DNA of 64,000 nt, taken from the NCBI GenBank assembly GCA_024137785.1, contig JAHRHZ010000111.1:16562509-16626508 (forward strand). The letters are read 5' to 3'. This DNA is from Ginglymostoma cirratum. Lineage: Eukaryota. Shown piece by piece: positions 25,408 through 38,305 of the stretch; the first letter of the stretch is position 1; every line of letters starts with the position of its first letter. The translations under genes and the position numbers were made by a program. Below the pieces are notes generated by a model, which made no database searches, was not told the DNA's origin, and saw only the letters and a program-made list of their open reading frames with translations.

Positions 25408-25650
25408 AAGGCTCTTGTGGTGCAATGGTAGTGTTCCCATACCTGGACTAGGAAACCTGGGTTCAAATCCCATCCTACACCAGAGGGGTGTAAGAATAAA
25501 CGTGAATAGGTTGATTATAAAGTATCTGCAAAAGCATTTTTAAGGGTCTTGCAGTGCAAGTGGTAATGTTCCCACCTCTGAACCTGTAAGTCTGAGTTCA
25601 ACTCCCACTCACATTGGACTTGTCACAACAGGTTGATTTTTAAAATATCC
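25408..25650 (+). mobile_element. Tandem pair of short tRNA-derived SINE-like units
   Basis: Unit 1: GGCTCTTGTGGTGCAATGGTAGTGTTCCC...GGGTTCAAATCCCA...AGGTTGATTATAAAGTATC. Unit 2: GGGTCTTGCAGTGCAAGTGGTAATGTTCCC...GAGTTCAACTCCCA...AGGTTGATTTTTAAAATATC. Confidence 0.7.
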
Positions 25651-26109
25651 ATACCTATTTGGGAGCTGTCCTGCAATTTGTTGGAGCCTTCAAATAATAT
25701 TAATGAAGTACAAGTAGGTTTAATTTGTGTGTGATGTTGGTGAATTTACATAAAAAGGGTCAGAAATGGAGTGACCAACAGGTTGGCCAAGGAGGTAGGC
25801 TTTGGGAAATGTTGTAAAGGAGGTAAATGTGAGTGATATGAGAGAGAGAGAAAGACAGAGATGTAGGGAGGATATTCCAGAGTTTAATTCCCAGACACTG
25901 ACAACCCAAGAACTGGTGATAGAGGGATTGAAATTGGAGATGTTTAAAAGGCCAGAAATGAGACAGGTCGAGAAAGTCAGGTTACAAGGTTTCAGAGAGT
26001 GGTGTGTGTGAAAATGTTGAGCATGACTGCTAAAAGAAGTTGGGATGAAAGGATTATTATGGTTTCTGTTGTCACCATACAACACCACTTTGCCAGCCTC
26101 CAGACTTCA

Positions 26110-26340
26110 CTCCCATCCTCTGAGACAGTATATGCGTGGCTTGTTTAACTGATTTATGTGACATGAATAAATGGGGCTGATCCTTTCCATATTTTGACTG
26201 TATTATTTTTAAGGAGTTTAACTGAAGGCTTCTATGCTCCGCAGCAGCCTTCCCACTGAATTGTGCAGTTGCCGAGATGGAATAATTTCTAACTTCCAGG
26301 ACCTTCAGGCATTGACGATCTGGGGTGATATTGATACCCC
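26110..26340 (-). pseudogene. Possible HARBI1-like transposase N-terminal relic
   Basis: ORF 26072-26512(-) contains ITPDRQCLKVL...SLQLNSL...QS..G...SHKSVKQATHIL, loosely resembling Harbinger transposase N-termini. It lies divergent to the Myb relic. Confidence 0.35.
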
Positions 26341-26417
26341 AGCTGCGCACCACTTCAGAAGCTACAAGCCAGAAATTTCCATTCAAAGTCTGCTGCTCAA
26401 CCATTAATATAGAGGAG

Positions 26418-26643
26418 ATGGCTGAGAAAAGGACATTCGCTTTCTGCTTCTTCATGGAGGTCCTGGTGAACAGAATGACGGAGATGAGGGTCAATGTGTT
26501 TCCTCTGGGCAACCAAAGGAGGCCATGACCAGATGCTGCCAGTTTGTATTAAGAGCACCTTTTGGGCCAACTCAGTGTCACTGATGAGAAGAAACTTCCA
26601 GCATTATAGCAAAGAGATCATTGACCTTCTCTGTTCGACAATA
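26418..26643 (+). pseudogene. Myb/SANT-like DNA-binding ORF relic of a PIF/Harbinger transposon
   Basis: Two overlapping frames give MAEKRTFAFCFFMEVLVNRMTEMRVNVFPLGNQRRP / HDQMLPVCIKSTFWANSVSLMRRNFQHYSKEIIDLL, matching the F..LEVLV.....R..LFP...RRP....W......VS...R...QC.KK.NDL pattern. Followed by GTAAGT at 26644. Confidence 0.65.
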
Positions 26644-29600
26644 GTAAGTGCTACCATCTTCTCTCTGCTATTTCTCACTTGCTGCAACTCTGCCGTTGCA
26701 CACACCTCCCACTGAGACTAATGGTGAGTTACTGCTGCTGTCTGTATCTAGCATCTTCACTCAATGGCTCTTGCCCAGCCCATCCTCCCATGGCACTAAG
26801 CTCTCTGTACTTCATACTGACTCCCTCAGGACATCACAACGTCTCTCCTGTTGCTGCACTGCCACTAATAGCTCTTCCAAGCACCTTCATTTCACTCAAA
26901 TGTTCCTTTTGTGAGGATAGTGGGAACCAGAATGGGGCTGTGTAAGAGCATGTTAACCCCTTCAGCTTTCAGTGTTGGCAATCAGGATGAGTTACCTGAC
27001 TTTCTGACTGCTTTAAGAAGTAAGGCAAGACAGAGATACTGTGAGTGTCTAAGGGAGCACAGAATGAGAGAGCAGTAATAATGCAACAAAGAGTTTTACA
27101 ATACATTCGGTGCAAATGCATGAGTTGGGTGTAATATCCTGTGTACAGCGACCTGACAGGGGCATTGCAATGTAAGGTGCTGGTGAGCTCCAAAAAGTGT
27201 GATAGTGAAGTGGTGAAGTTTCTTCTGAGTTAGTCTAAGATTGACCACAATGATGTGGTGAGACTGGTGTTCCACTATTACCAATATCCACGGGCGAAGG
27301 TTGGAGGCACTCAGTCCCTATGTGGTAGGGATGGATTGCCATGTGATATTGGCAAATAAATATGCATGTAGAGACCCAGAAAAGCAACCACCAGGTAACT
27401 GTTTAAACTTTCAAGTAAGAGTTTGGTGCCATCTAGTTTTTCACCAGTGCTTTGGGAATCATGAACTGCATAGTAAGATTAGCTAATCATGAGAAGTAAA
27501 TATATGAAAATATGTTTGCCAATGCTTACTAGTAATGGACTCATCAAGCTGCTGAAAAGTAATTTTTCCTCTATACTGAGAATCTCAATATTTTTATTCT
27601 TTAGAAGTGATATTCTAAATTTCTTGCCATCACCCACACCACTGAAAGTGCTGGGAAACTCCACCTTTAGTCTTTTCCTTTCCCACTCTAGTCAGACGAT
27701 GAGTTACGATTATACTGAATGTTAGAGCAGCTCGAGGGGCCAAATGGGCTACTCCTGCTTCTATGCTTCTTATGCTAATTGAAGTCAATCAGAACTGCAA
27801 CAAATAATGAACGGATGCTCATTAATTTCTGTCACCTTGGCACAGCAATGTCTTGATGTTGTACATATTGAAAATGATTGCAAGTCAATAATAGTCACAT
27901 GGTTGAATTTCTTGAACAATATTTATATAAAACACCAAATCAGATTTCTCATCCAAGCTGACCACTGGCCAGTTTGGAATTAATTCCTGAATATCTGAAT
28001 TAGGTGTTTCACACTTCAGGTTTAGATGATTTCATTTTTCCTTTTGTTAAAGATTGCCTGTATTCTTGAGAAGAGCGAAGCAGTTCTACACTCTCAGCAT
28101 TTCCTACATCCTGCTGTCAAGAGAACGTACATCACAACGGCTTAGGAAATAATTCTATTAACTGTTGGAATAGGAAGAATTTGACAAAGTTTTGCTTGAA
28201 AAGCTGCTATTTGAGCTCAAAGGGTGAACTGAGTGAATTGACAAATCATTGGCTATTGCTTGGAAAATGATAGGTACTCTTTTGTGAAGTTTTATTACAT
28301 GCGGATAGGAGGAGGAGATGCATTTATTAGTATTCTAATTTATGTTAATATTTCGACTCAGAAACTTGATAGAATGGGGGGACTTCTTACAGCTAAGGAG
28401 ATGGGGGCTTAAATGGGACAAAAAGTTAAATCCCTAGAAGTAATATCAAGATGAGATTGCAATGTCATACCATCCTTTTCAGGGTTTACCCAGGTGTGTT
28501 TGCAATGAGCAGTGAACCCCTGTGCAGATGTCAGGTATAGCATCTTATGTTATAGATAATTAAATATTGAATATAACCATCAGTGCTAGCTTGAACTGCC
28601 AATGGAGCCTGTTTTTTGGCCTGTCAAAGGTTCATCCAAGATGGTCAAGGCTTTATTTTAGTGAAAAAAGTGAAGGGCTGTGGTTGTGGCCATGTGAGAG
28701 GGTATTGTTCACCACCCTTCGTCTCTTAAGACACACTGTCAGTGCTTGGCAAGTGATGCCAATGTCTTGGAAGGCCCTTCACCTGTTTGGCTCATCACTC
28801 CTGCTCAAGGCATTTCCCTGCTGCCAGACCTCAGTGCAGGATTTGCAGGCAGAGGATCTGTTCTCGCAACATCACTAAGCAATGGTGCCTTAGGATCTTC
28901 AGGCTTTCTTGGCAAGTTACAACTTAAGTTTGAAGCCTCATGGAAAAAGCTGTAATTTTGGCTGTGATCACCAACATGCCTGTCACTGGAAGCTTCCCCA
29001 CAACCACCCTGTATTCCACTGGGCCTGTCCCTGAGACTGTCTTCTGCCAGGAGATAAAGTGATGAGTCGAAATTGTTAGAAATAGCTTGTGTGGTTAACA
29101 GGGAAGGATAGTATTTGTGGAGATTGACTGTGAAACATGGATGTGAGATGACAAGATGAGTGAGACTACTGGTTGTTCAAATGGAGAGGTGACACGAGAA
29201 AGCGGATTGAGTGGAACTGCAAGGTGTGTTGTCCTGAGGATATTGTCATTCAGCTTTCCTGCTCTCCTTGAGTTCTGAGTCACTTTTCTTTGGCACAATC
29301 TTCAGTTTGGTGGGCGGGGTGTGGTGGAGGGGCGGCGAACTACGTTAGTGCTGCTGACTTCCTCAGCTACTTCAATGCTTGCCTGTTCGCTGGGGGAGAT
29401 TGTCCTCTTCCTCCTATCTTTGGGAGAATAAGCCTCACTGCAGCTGCTCAAATCCCTCAGCATGGCTTCCAAATTTAAGCAAGAGTGCTAGGGAGCAGTT
29501 GTCCCAGGTCTCCTATCCATTCCAATGGTGACTGCAACCCCAAAGATCCCATGTCCTATTGAGCTGCCCCATTCCATGCCAGCATCCTGTCAAATCCTCT

Positions 29601-30989
29601 TCGATGGATCCAGCAACTCGGTCTATTGGACCTCTCTAATTGGACAGTGGGCCTTGTGGCAAGATAATAATACCATTGATCAGCTAAACTTACTTGCAGA
29701 GCTCCCTACTTAAACTAGTGTCTGACTCACTCATGGTCCTACCATTTCAACAGGGACCAGCAGACCTTATGATTTTAAGTAACTAGGGTATAGAGCTTAT
29801 GACCAGCAGCCCTGGAATAGTTGAGCCAGCAGCATGTAGTGTGGGACAATTGCAACTGTACCCTTTCTGCAACAGTAATTGCTGAGCTTTTATAATGATC
29901 TGGTTGCTGAGCAATCCTTAAGTTTGTGTTAAGCAAAGACAGAACCACAACATGGTGAGCCGTGATGGTCTCTCTGTGGCAGAATTGTCCAGAACTTTCT
30001 GCCCAACTTAAATCAATTTACAGACCATACTATGTTAGGATGATTGCTCATACTGAGTGGTTCAGGAAATCAAAACTGAATTGGATAAAACATGTTAGTG
30101 GTGATAAAATGTCAGTTAGAAACTTTCACCACACAGAATATAGGAGTTTAAAAAATGAACCATCTATTTACATATGGAGATCGCAAAGGATGAACCTGGA
30201 GGTGACAAAAATGTCCTTCTAGATTTGACACTCACCATGTTCAACATTTGGGGGTGAGGTTTATTGTCCCCAGACAATATAATTGAAAGTGGGCAGCAAT
30301 GTGTGAAACACATATGATATTGCTGTAGAACAGCCAAATTTACAGTTGGTATAGTGCCAACCAACTGTTTTGATTGAAGGTGGGGAAAAAGGAATAATTT
30401 CTCCCTATTATTCCCCCCCAACCATTCCTGTAAAATTCGCTCCCAGCAGCCTTGCAATCAATCTGGAATGTTGAACGAATTAACTAAAGCATCAGAATGC
30501 AAGGTAGTGTTATGAGCAAATTGCATACTGCTTTGCTGAGCCAATACCTCGAGCACCCATCCACTTGTGATCAATGAGGCATAAGTGTTGGAAGTTTTCC
30601 AGAATAGAAATGAGGCTGAATCCTTAAGTCAAATATCTTAGTAATGTGGGAAAACTGTCAAGTCTTAGGACTTTTAACCTCCTCAAATGAGAAGCAATGT
30701 AGATCTAGAAAATTACTTCAATGTAAGCCAGAAAAGTAGCAGAAGGGGCAAACAGGTTTAAATTTGGTTGAAGAGGAATTCATAACTAAGGTGATCAGCA
30801 GCCAAAGTAGATTTTCAGTTAGAACAGCTGAAGCCAAATGCTGGAATTAATTAAGAAACAATTAGAAACCACATTGGGAGGAGACTAAGACCATTCCTGG
30901 GTGTTGAAAGAAAGAAGACTCGTCTTCCTTTTCTGTATTTATCAAACTCACCTCTTGCTCACCCCTGTGAATTATCCTCTAAATCTCTA

Positions 30990-31790
30990 CTCTAACAACG
31001 AGAAGGACAGGAGGGTAAGTTACTTTTGTCACACGCATGTCTGATGTTGTTTGTAACTTTGACAAGAGCCGGTCCATATTGTGGCAGGACAGATACCTGA
31101 TAGAGAGATCCAAACGTAGAGGTCAGTGCTAAAACCAATTTGATTAAGGGGTTTGGAGAGCCAAATGAGACAGTGTCTTGGGCGGTAGTTTGCATAGTCA
31201 GTGGGTTTAAAAGTTTCTTTCTTTGACGATAGGGGCAGTTGATGGAAGACCTCTAGGGGAGAAGGACCGTAACTGAATATAGAGAACGGTTAATAGTGGT
31301 GATGCAGGAAAGGCATTTGGATGTTGGGCACTTTGACGAGACAGTCAAGGTGAGTCCGTTGAACAGGGTGAGCTCAGACAGGACATGTGGGTAGATGGGA
31401 AAGAAACTGAAGAAAGATATGTTTTCAGGCTTAGGGCACAGAGGCACTAAAGTGGACATTTGACCCTCGGAAGTAGTGGAAGAGAAAAGAACTGTTAATG
31501 GCTGCTATTTAGATGGTCTCAATCTTGGTAAACCAGAAATCTCCAAATTTCTCGGATGTAAACGTGGAAGTAAAAATGGAGGAGACAGGAGAGAGGGATT
31601 TAAAATTTACTGAATAAAAAAGTCAGGTGTGATTTTTACATCAGAGGATGACCAAGGGATAAAGATCGCTTTGTGGCAAAAGTGAGAAGGACCTGATAGC
31701 GCCTATGTGATCTATCTGGATGTAATTGTGACAAGCTAAATTAGTCATTCTTTCCTTTCGTTCTGTGTCTGACAGTAATTTCACTCGGCT
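30990..31790 (-). mobile_element. Decayed L2-like LINE ORF2 fragment
   Basis: Purine-rich plus strand. The minus strand gives LTFGSLYQ/VSVLPQYGPALVKVTNNIRHACDKSNL (cf. QSGFRPxHSTETALxKVTNDILCDCDKG). Confidence 0.6.
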
Positions 31791-32240
31791 GGTAAAAGAG
31801 ACAGATTTTCTCCAGTGATATTATCATGGTCTGGCTGCATTAGCCCAAACTTGCCAAGAGCAAAAATGAAGTTGAGTCAAAGGTAAGTTGAAAATAACTG
31901 TTGTACAGTTTTTGGTGGGCCAGGAAAATCTCGGCAGATTTTACCCTATCCTTGAATGTCATTGCTTTGGCTGACCCCTCACAAGTCTGAGTTGGAGGTC
32001 ATTCCCAGAAGCCACTTGCAGTGACCCCACACCTATCTGTTTTGACAGCCAGGCAGCTGACCTCCCTAGTTCATTTGGAAGTAACATCAGCCAAAGTCAT
32101 TGAAATCAGCCTGGCCTCCTTACTATCTTTACTGCTCATCACTTGCCCGTCCGTTCCACCCGAGAGGTACAATCCCATTGAAGTGGAATCTCAGATTTGT
32201 GAATATCCAGAAGGAGACCATTTGGTTCATCACTTAGAGC

Positions 32241-33080
32241 CATAGAGTCATTAAGATGTACAGCACAGAAACACACCCTTCAGTCCAACTCGTCCATGCT
32301 GACGAAATAGCCTAAATTAATCTATATCCCAGTTGCCAGCATTTGGCCCATATCCCGCTCAACCCATATATCCATCCAGATCCCTTTAAAATGTTGTATT
32401 TGTACCAGCCTCCACCACTTCCTCTGGTAGCTCATTCCGTACATGCACCACCCTCTGCGTGAAAAATTTGCCTTTTAGATCCCTTTTAAATCTATCCCCT
32501 CACACCTTAAACCTATACCTAGTTTTGGATTCCCCCACCCCAGGGAAAAGACCTTGACTATTCACACTATCCGTGCCCCTCATGATTTTATAAACTTCTA
32601 TGAGGTCTACCCACGGCCTCCGATGCTCCAGGTAAAATAGCCCCAGCCTATTCAGCCTCTCCCTAAAGCTCTCTCCAACCCTGGCAATATCCTTGTAAAT
32701 CTTTTCTGATCCCTTTCAAGTTTCACAACATCTTTCGTGTTACAAGGAGATCAGAATTGAACACAATATTCCAAAAGTGGCCTAACCAATGTCCTGTACT
32801 GCCGCTACATGACCTCCCAACTCCTATACTCAATGCGCTGACCAATAAAAACAAGTGTACCAAATGCCTTCTTCACTACCCTGTCTACCTACAATTCTGC
32901 TTTCAAGGAACAATGATGCTGCATCCCAGGGTGTCTTTGTTCGGCAACCTCCCCAGGACTTTGCCATTGAGTATATAAGTCCTGCCCTGATTTGCTGTAC
33001 CAAAATGCAGAACCTCACAATTATCTAAATTAAACTCCATCTGCCACTCCTCGGTCCATTTGCCCACTCCTGCACATGAT
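32241..33080 (-). mobile_element. Relatively young CR1/HER1-type LINE 3' end
   Basis: ORF 32903-33109(-) contains KWTEEWQMEFNLDNCEVLHFGTANQGRTYILNGKVLG. Full 3' UTR to the CTCTATG tail at ~32241. Confidence 0.92.
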
Positions 33081-35162
33081 CTCCAAAGAGCATTATGATA
33101 TAGTGTCATGCACCTGGCTTTTTCCTTTAGCTCTTCACGTTGGCTGATTATAACGTAAAGGAAATTAATATGGATGTCTTAAGAATTTGCAGGAGGAGTT
33201 TGCACAATACAGTTTTCAGACCTACCTCTAAAGCTGGGGGATTAAAGTGTAGGGGAGTATATAACACTCACAGTATTAATAGTTCCTTTACAATTATTGA
33301 ATGAAGAATTTTCAGCTCTTGAGATAGTCTCACTCTATCACAATAATTTGCCTCTGATTCCTTAATGAAGGAAAGTTATGGATTTGTCTATAAAAAAAAT
33401 CAAATCTGCTATTAACATGTAAATAGATTTTACAGAATTCCTTGAGAGTCTCAACTAAGGCAGATGTTTTACTAATTGCTGTAATGTATGCTTATGGCAG
33501 AGATCAGAATTCTGGGAAATGGAAGAGAATTAACAGTGGAATTTGGGCATGGAATTGTAAACTATTTTGAAATTTTTCACTGAGTATCAAACTTATGGAT
33601 GTTGAAAGAAGGTACATTTCTAATTTCATTATTGAAATACATCAGAAATATATCCATTGTAGAGCAGTGACACACAAAAATGTATCAAAATTCCAGGTAA
33701 CGTACCACCATTCTTTCCAGTTCATCAGTTCTAAGGTGTACTTCTAATCAGAGCCAATATCCTAAAATGCTGCAATTTCAGCGCTGCATCAGGAATAATG
33801 ATGTATCTAAACAAGCAATTTCCAAGCTGTTTTGCAATGCTGCAAACTTTTTTTTGCTAGTTTGCTCTTTTCAATTTTATGAACTATTACATAAATACTC
33901 CAGAGTCCTACCCATTTAGATTTCAGAAGCCAGCTTTTGATGCCAATTATAAGGAGCCAGATGTCAAAGTGTCACAGCATGATAAAGTATATAAGCCTGC
34001 ACAGCCACAAGCTGTTTCTTATTGTGTGAATAGCTATAGATCTGCTGATCTGTGATCACTGTTGCAATTAGAGTCAACATTGGTACTGATTTTAAAAAAG
34101 TAACAATTGCTTCTTCACGAAATACGTTGTTCATATTAGTCTAAGATGTTGATTTAGCTGAAGAAACACCAAATGACTTGTCATTTTATTTTCTCACCAG
34201 TTTCTTCATTCTCTTCCAGTGCATAATTATAAGTAAGATCCCAGATATCAATTTCAGTCTGTGCTAAATAATACAACCACAGTTGTGGTGGTGATCAAGC
34301 CACTGAGTAGGGAAGAGAAGATCAAAGGCACTGCACCCAATTTTATAGCACTTCCCAAGAACACCAGGAAAGTGAAATAAATCAAGATCAGGAGTAGACC
34401 ATATGAACTATTCAGCCTCCTTCGCCATTCAATACCGTCATGGGCTTCAATTTCTTTTCCAACCACTTCTCATACCTCTTATTCCCTGAGAGACTGTAAA
34501 TGTATCTAACTCAGCCTTAAGTACTTCCAGTGATAGAACATTCACAATGCTCTGGGGTCGGCAGTTCAACAGAAGTAATTGTGAAGTCATGTGTGAAGTA
34601 ATTTCTGCTTTTCTCAGTCCTCAATGATTGGCTCCATATCCAAAGACTACCATCCCACTCCTGGAGGTCTGGAGAATTCTAATTCTCCTACAACTGAGAA
34701 TATTCCTTCCTTGGATTTGTATCAATGCTGTTTGTCATTTTGGCTCCGCTATTGAATTTCCTCTTCTACTTTTCTACTGTAAAGAGAAATCTGCTTCCTC
34801 TCTAATGAATACCTCTTGTCCATGGTACTATTTCAGAAAATTTCTTCTGTAGCTTTTCTAAGACCTGAAGGGATATAAATTGCTGGAGCGATTTGAGATT
34901 TTAGAACTGCTGGTCCTCTAATTAGTTTGCCAGCATCAATAGACCATCTATTGTCAATTAACCAGAAGCATTAGGAGACTGCCTACTAAGAAATGGTTGA
35001 GCTGATCCAAACATCTATTAGCACTGATATGATCCCTCAGTTTGTCACCCAATTGCAGCATTCTAATGCTGATCGTAAAACATGATTCATTATCCTTTAT
35101 TTTGGGATGTGGGCATTGTGGACCCCAGATGAAATTGGAAAACAGTTAAGTACAATGACCAG

Positions 35163-35230
35163 GGCAGTTCATCCAGCTCTACACCTTGTTATTTCAGATT
35201 CCCCAGCATCGGCAGTTCCTACTATCTCTG
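35163..35230 (+). mobile_element. Family-A short insert with degenerate 14-bp TSD
   Basis: GTTCATCCAGCTCTACACCTTGTTATTTCAGATTCCCCAGCATCGGCAGTTCCTACTATCTC is the reverse complement of family A. AGTACAATGACCAG (35149-35162) vs AGTGCAATGATCAG (35231-35244), 12/14 match. Confidence 0.8.
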
Positions 35231-35789
35231 AGTGCAATGATCAGTATGCCTTGCTTTAAAAAACTGTTGGAATATCACCAGCCCAATTTTCTGAATTTCA
35301 AGACTTGTGCAGTAGGTGACTCATTTCCCAATTCTGTTACTTACCTTTCAGCAGCTGCTGTTATCTTGCAATATCTCTCATTAGTTATTAAGTCTTTCTG
35401 TTTCACAATTAGATTCTAAACTTTTCATACTGTAGATCACAGCTGAAGTGACTTTGGTTAATTTTGTTTTCAATTGCTTTATATTAATATTAACAGTAAC
35501 ATTAGCTTTTTCAAATTGCATGATATCATTCTTGCATTTAATGAGTTGTGAAAAATTTACACCATGGCATTCTTCTTCTTTTATCTTCTTGTCTTGCAAA
35601 TTATCCTTAGATATATTCTATCCGTTCTTTATGAATATGTAAGCATTTCAAATACCATTGCTCCCGACCACACAACATATCCTTTTAGTAAGAATAATTT
35701 CCCTAGGAGTCTGGCTGCCACTGCTTCGCCACCAGTCATCAAGGAGGTACTACTGCAATTATTCCAGCAGTGAATGACTTGGTGTAAAA

Positions 35790-36330
35790 AAAAAGACTTA
35801 CATTTTATAAAGACTTGCGTTTACAAGTTGCTTTTTTATGATCATCGGATATCTTGAGTCCTTTAGTGACAATGAAGTGTTTTTGAAGCATAACACTGTT
35901 GTTACATAGGACTGTGACAGCCAGTTTTCTCCCACAGCAAGTCATTTGGTGCCTCCTTAGCTAAATCAACATTTTAAGCTAACATGAACTACATATTTTG
36001 TGACGAAGCAATCATTACTTTTTTTAAAAAGCCAGTACCAGTGTTGATTCTAAATGCAACAGAGATCTCAGATCAGTAGATCTATGGCTGTTCACACAAT
36101 AAGAAGCAGTTTGTGACTGGATAATCCGTTCTAGTGATATTGAATAAGGGATAAATATTGGTAAGGGCATGATATATAATTCACTTACTCTTCTTAGAAA
36201 TATTACAGTGGGTTATTTTTCATCTCTCCGAGCAGGGTAGACAGGTCTTTGGTTTAATATCTTTTTTGAAACACAGCAATTCTAGCATTGACATTTTGTC
36301 TTTGCATAATTTGAGGGACTATTGCTCTTC
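35790..36330 (-). mobile_element. Deu-domain SINE (interrupted, decayed)
   Basis: Tail AAAGACTTGCGTTTA...CCCACAGCAA and core GGGATAAATATTGG...CTCTTCTTAGAAATA...GGTTTAATATC, reverse complement of 59040-59402. Confidence 0.6.
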
Positions 36331-36547
36331 CTAAGTTATCTAATTGATTGTTCTTGATCTGCGAAACTTGTAATAGATCCTGGGCATTATACCAATTCTG
36401 CCATAAATATCTAATTAGGTTGGTGAGCTGCATGAGTCTGGTGAGTGTCCTTGGGCAGCAGACCAGCAAAGGTGGTTTGAATTTCAGATCACTATGTCAG
36501 TATGACTCAAAAGAGGGTGGAAAGCAATTAACAAAGAAGGAGAAAAG

Positions 36548-36834
36548 ATCATAGAATCATAGAATCCCTACAGTGTGGAAACAGGACCTTCGGTCCAACA
36601 AGCCCACACTGACCCTTGGAACATCCCACCCAGACCCATCCCTGGGCAAATGACCAATCCACCTCGCCTGCACATCTTTGGACTGTGGGAGGAAACTGGA
36701 GCACCCGGAGGAAACCCATGCAGGCAGGGGGAGAATGTGCATACTCCACACAGACAGTCGCCCGAGGGTGGAATCAAACCCGATCCCTGGCACTGTGAGG
36801 CAGCAATGCTAACCACTGAGCCACCGTGCTGCCC
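36548..36834 (-). mobile_element. HE1-type V-SINE, full length
   Basis: tRNA head GGGCAGCACGGTGGCTCAGTGGTTAGCATTGCTGCCTCACAG, V-core GTGTGGAGTATGCACATTCTCCCC...GGGTTTCCTCCGGGTGCTCCAGTTTCCTCCCACAGTCCAAAGATGTGC, CR1-type tail with GATTCTAT repeats. Confidence 0.93.
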
Positions 36835-37849
36835 TAACAAAATGAGGTAGGGAGATGGAGTGAGGTAAGGACTATGAATCGTGGTCAATGGCAGTTCTTT
36901 AATAGTATCAATGGCCTCAGCTTCTGATCTATATGTTTGTATGGATTATAACACAGAGGAGACTATTCAGCTTATGAAATCCATCCTGCCTCTCTGGAGT
37001 AAATTAATCAATCCCATTCCTCACTCTATCCTCACAGCCCGATGAAGTTATTTCTTACAGGTATTCAACTTACTTTGGAAATCATTGATCATTTCAGCTT
37101 CTACCAACCTCATAGGCAACAAGCTCCAGGTCATTAGTCTCTTCCAATTAAAAGTCACCCATTTGTTCTATTTGTTTCTCCTACTAACTTTTGTTTTCTC
37201 TTGATCCTTTCTCATCCAACTGAAATTGTTCCTCTTCAAAGTTAGAGATTTAACTGTAGATAGTTCCTTGCTCTTTACCCTTACTAAATTCAACCTTGAT
37301 ACAGCGATGACTCTCTCAAAAGTTTTGTACACCATTATTCAATCCATTTGGTTCAGCATTTCTCAGCATCCAGAAATTCTCCTGGCTAGGTGGACTGAAA
37401 ACAGATTTTGACTAAACTTTATCTCTCTGTTTTCTTTAGGAAATGCTTTTTGTTTTCATTGTGAGAAGTACAACAACTTTCTTTCTTGATGTATGTCAAG
37501 CTGTGAAGTGTTATGTGTACAATACAGATTAATCAATTCGGGGAACGTTAGTTATTTTCCATTTTTATGTTGTTAAGAATCTGTCTGCCATATAATGGAG
37601 CTTGTGCATCACGTAATTGCTTCAGAAAAAGATAAAGTTGTGATTTTTCTCACAAAGCTTATTCTTTTGTGTTTAGTTTATAGTTCAGTTAGGACAATTA
37701 TGTTTCTGGAAAGACTCTAATAGGTCACATGCATTATTATGATCAGTTTTTGTTCAATTCCCATTGACTGACATTGCACAGATACCTTTCAACTATCATC
37801 TTATTAGGATATCAATGTATTACCACTAGTCCAAATAAGTACAATTTCA

Positions 37850-38305
37850 ACAATGCTCAAAAAGCTCAACACTATCCAGGACAAGGCAGCCCATTGGCCA
37901 GCACCCAATCCACCACTTTCAATGTTCATTCCCTCCACTCCCATTGGAAACAGGATACACCATCTACAAGACGCACTGCAGCATATCACCATGGCTCCAT
38001 CGACAAAACATTTCAAAAGCATGACCTCCACCACCTAGAGGGTCAAGGGCAGCAGATGCATGAGAACAACACCCATTAGAGGTTCCCCTCAAAGCTGCAC
38101 AGCATTCTGACTTGGTTTTTACATTATGATAGGATCAAAATCTTGAAACTCCATTCCTAACAGCACTCTGGGTGTTCTTTTATGGCGCAAGGACTGCAGG
38201 AGTTCAAGAAAATGACTCATCTCTATCTTCTCCAGGACAATTAGAGAAGGCCAATAAAGGTTGGCCTGGACAGTGACACCTACATGCTGTGAAAGAATAA
38301 AGAAA
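37850..38305 (+). mobile_element. CR1/L2-group LINE 3' end
   Basis: ORF 37853 begins LKKLNTIQDKAAH. Ends GGACAATTAGAGAAGGCCAATAAAGGTTGGCC...CTACATGCTGTGAAAGAATAAA. Confidence 0.75.
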
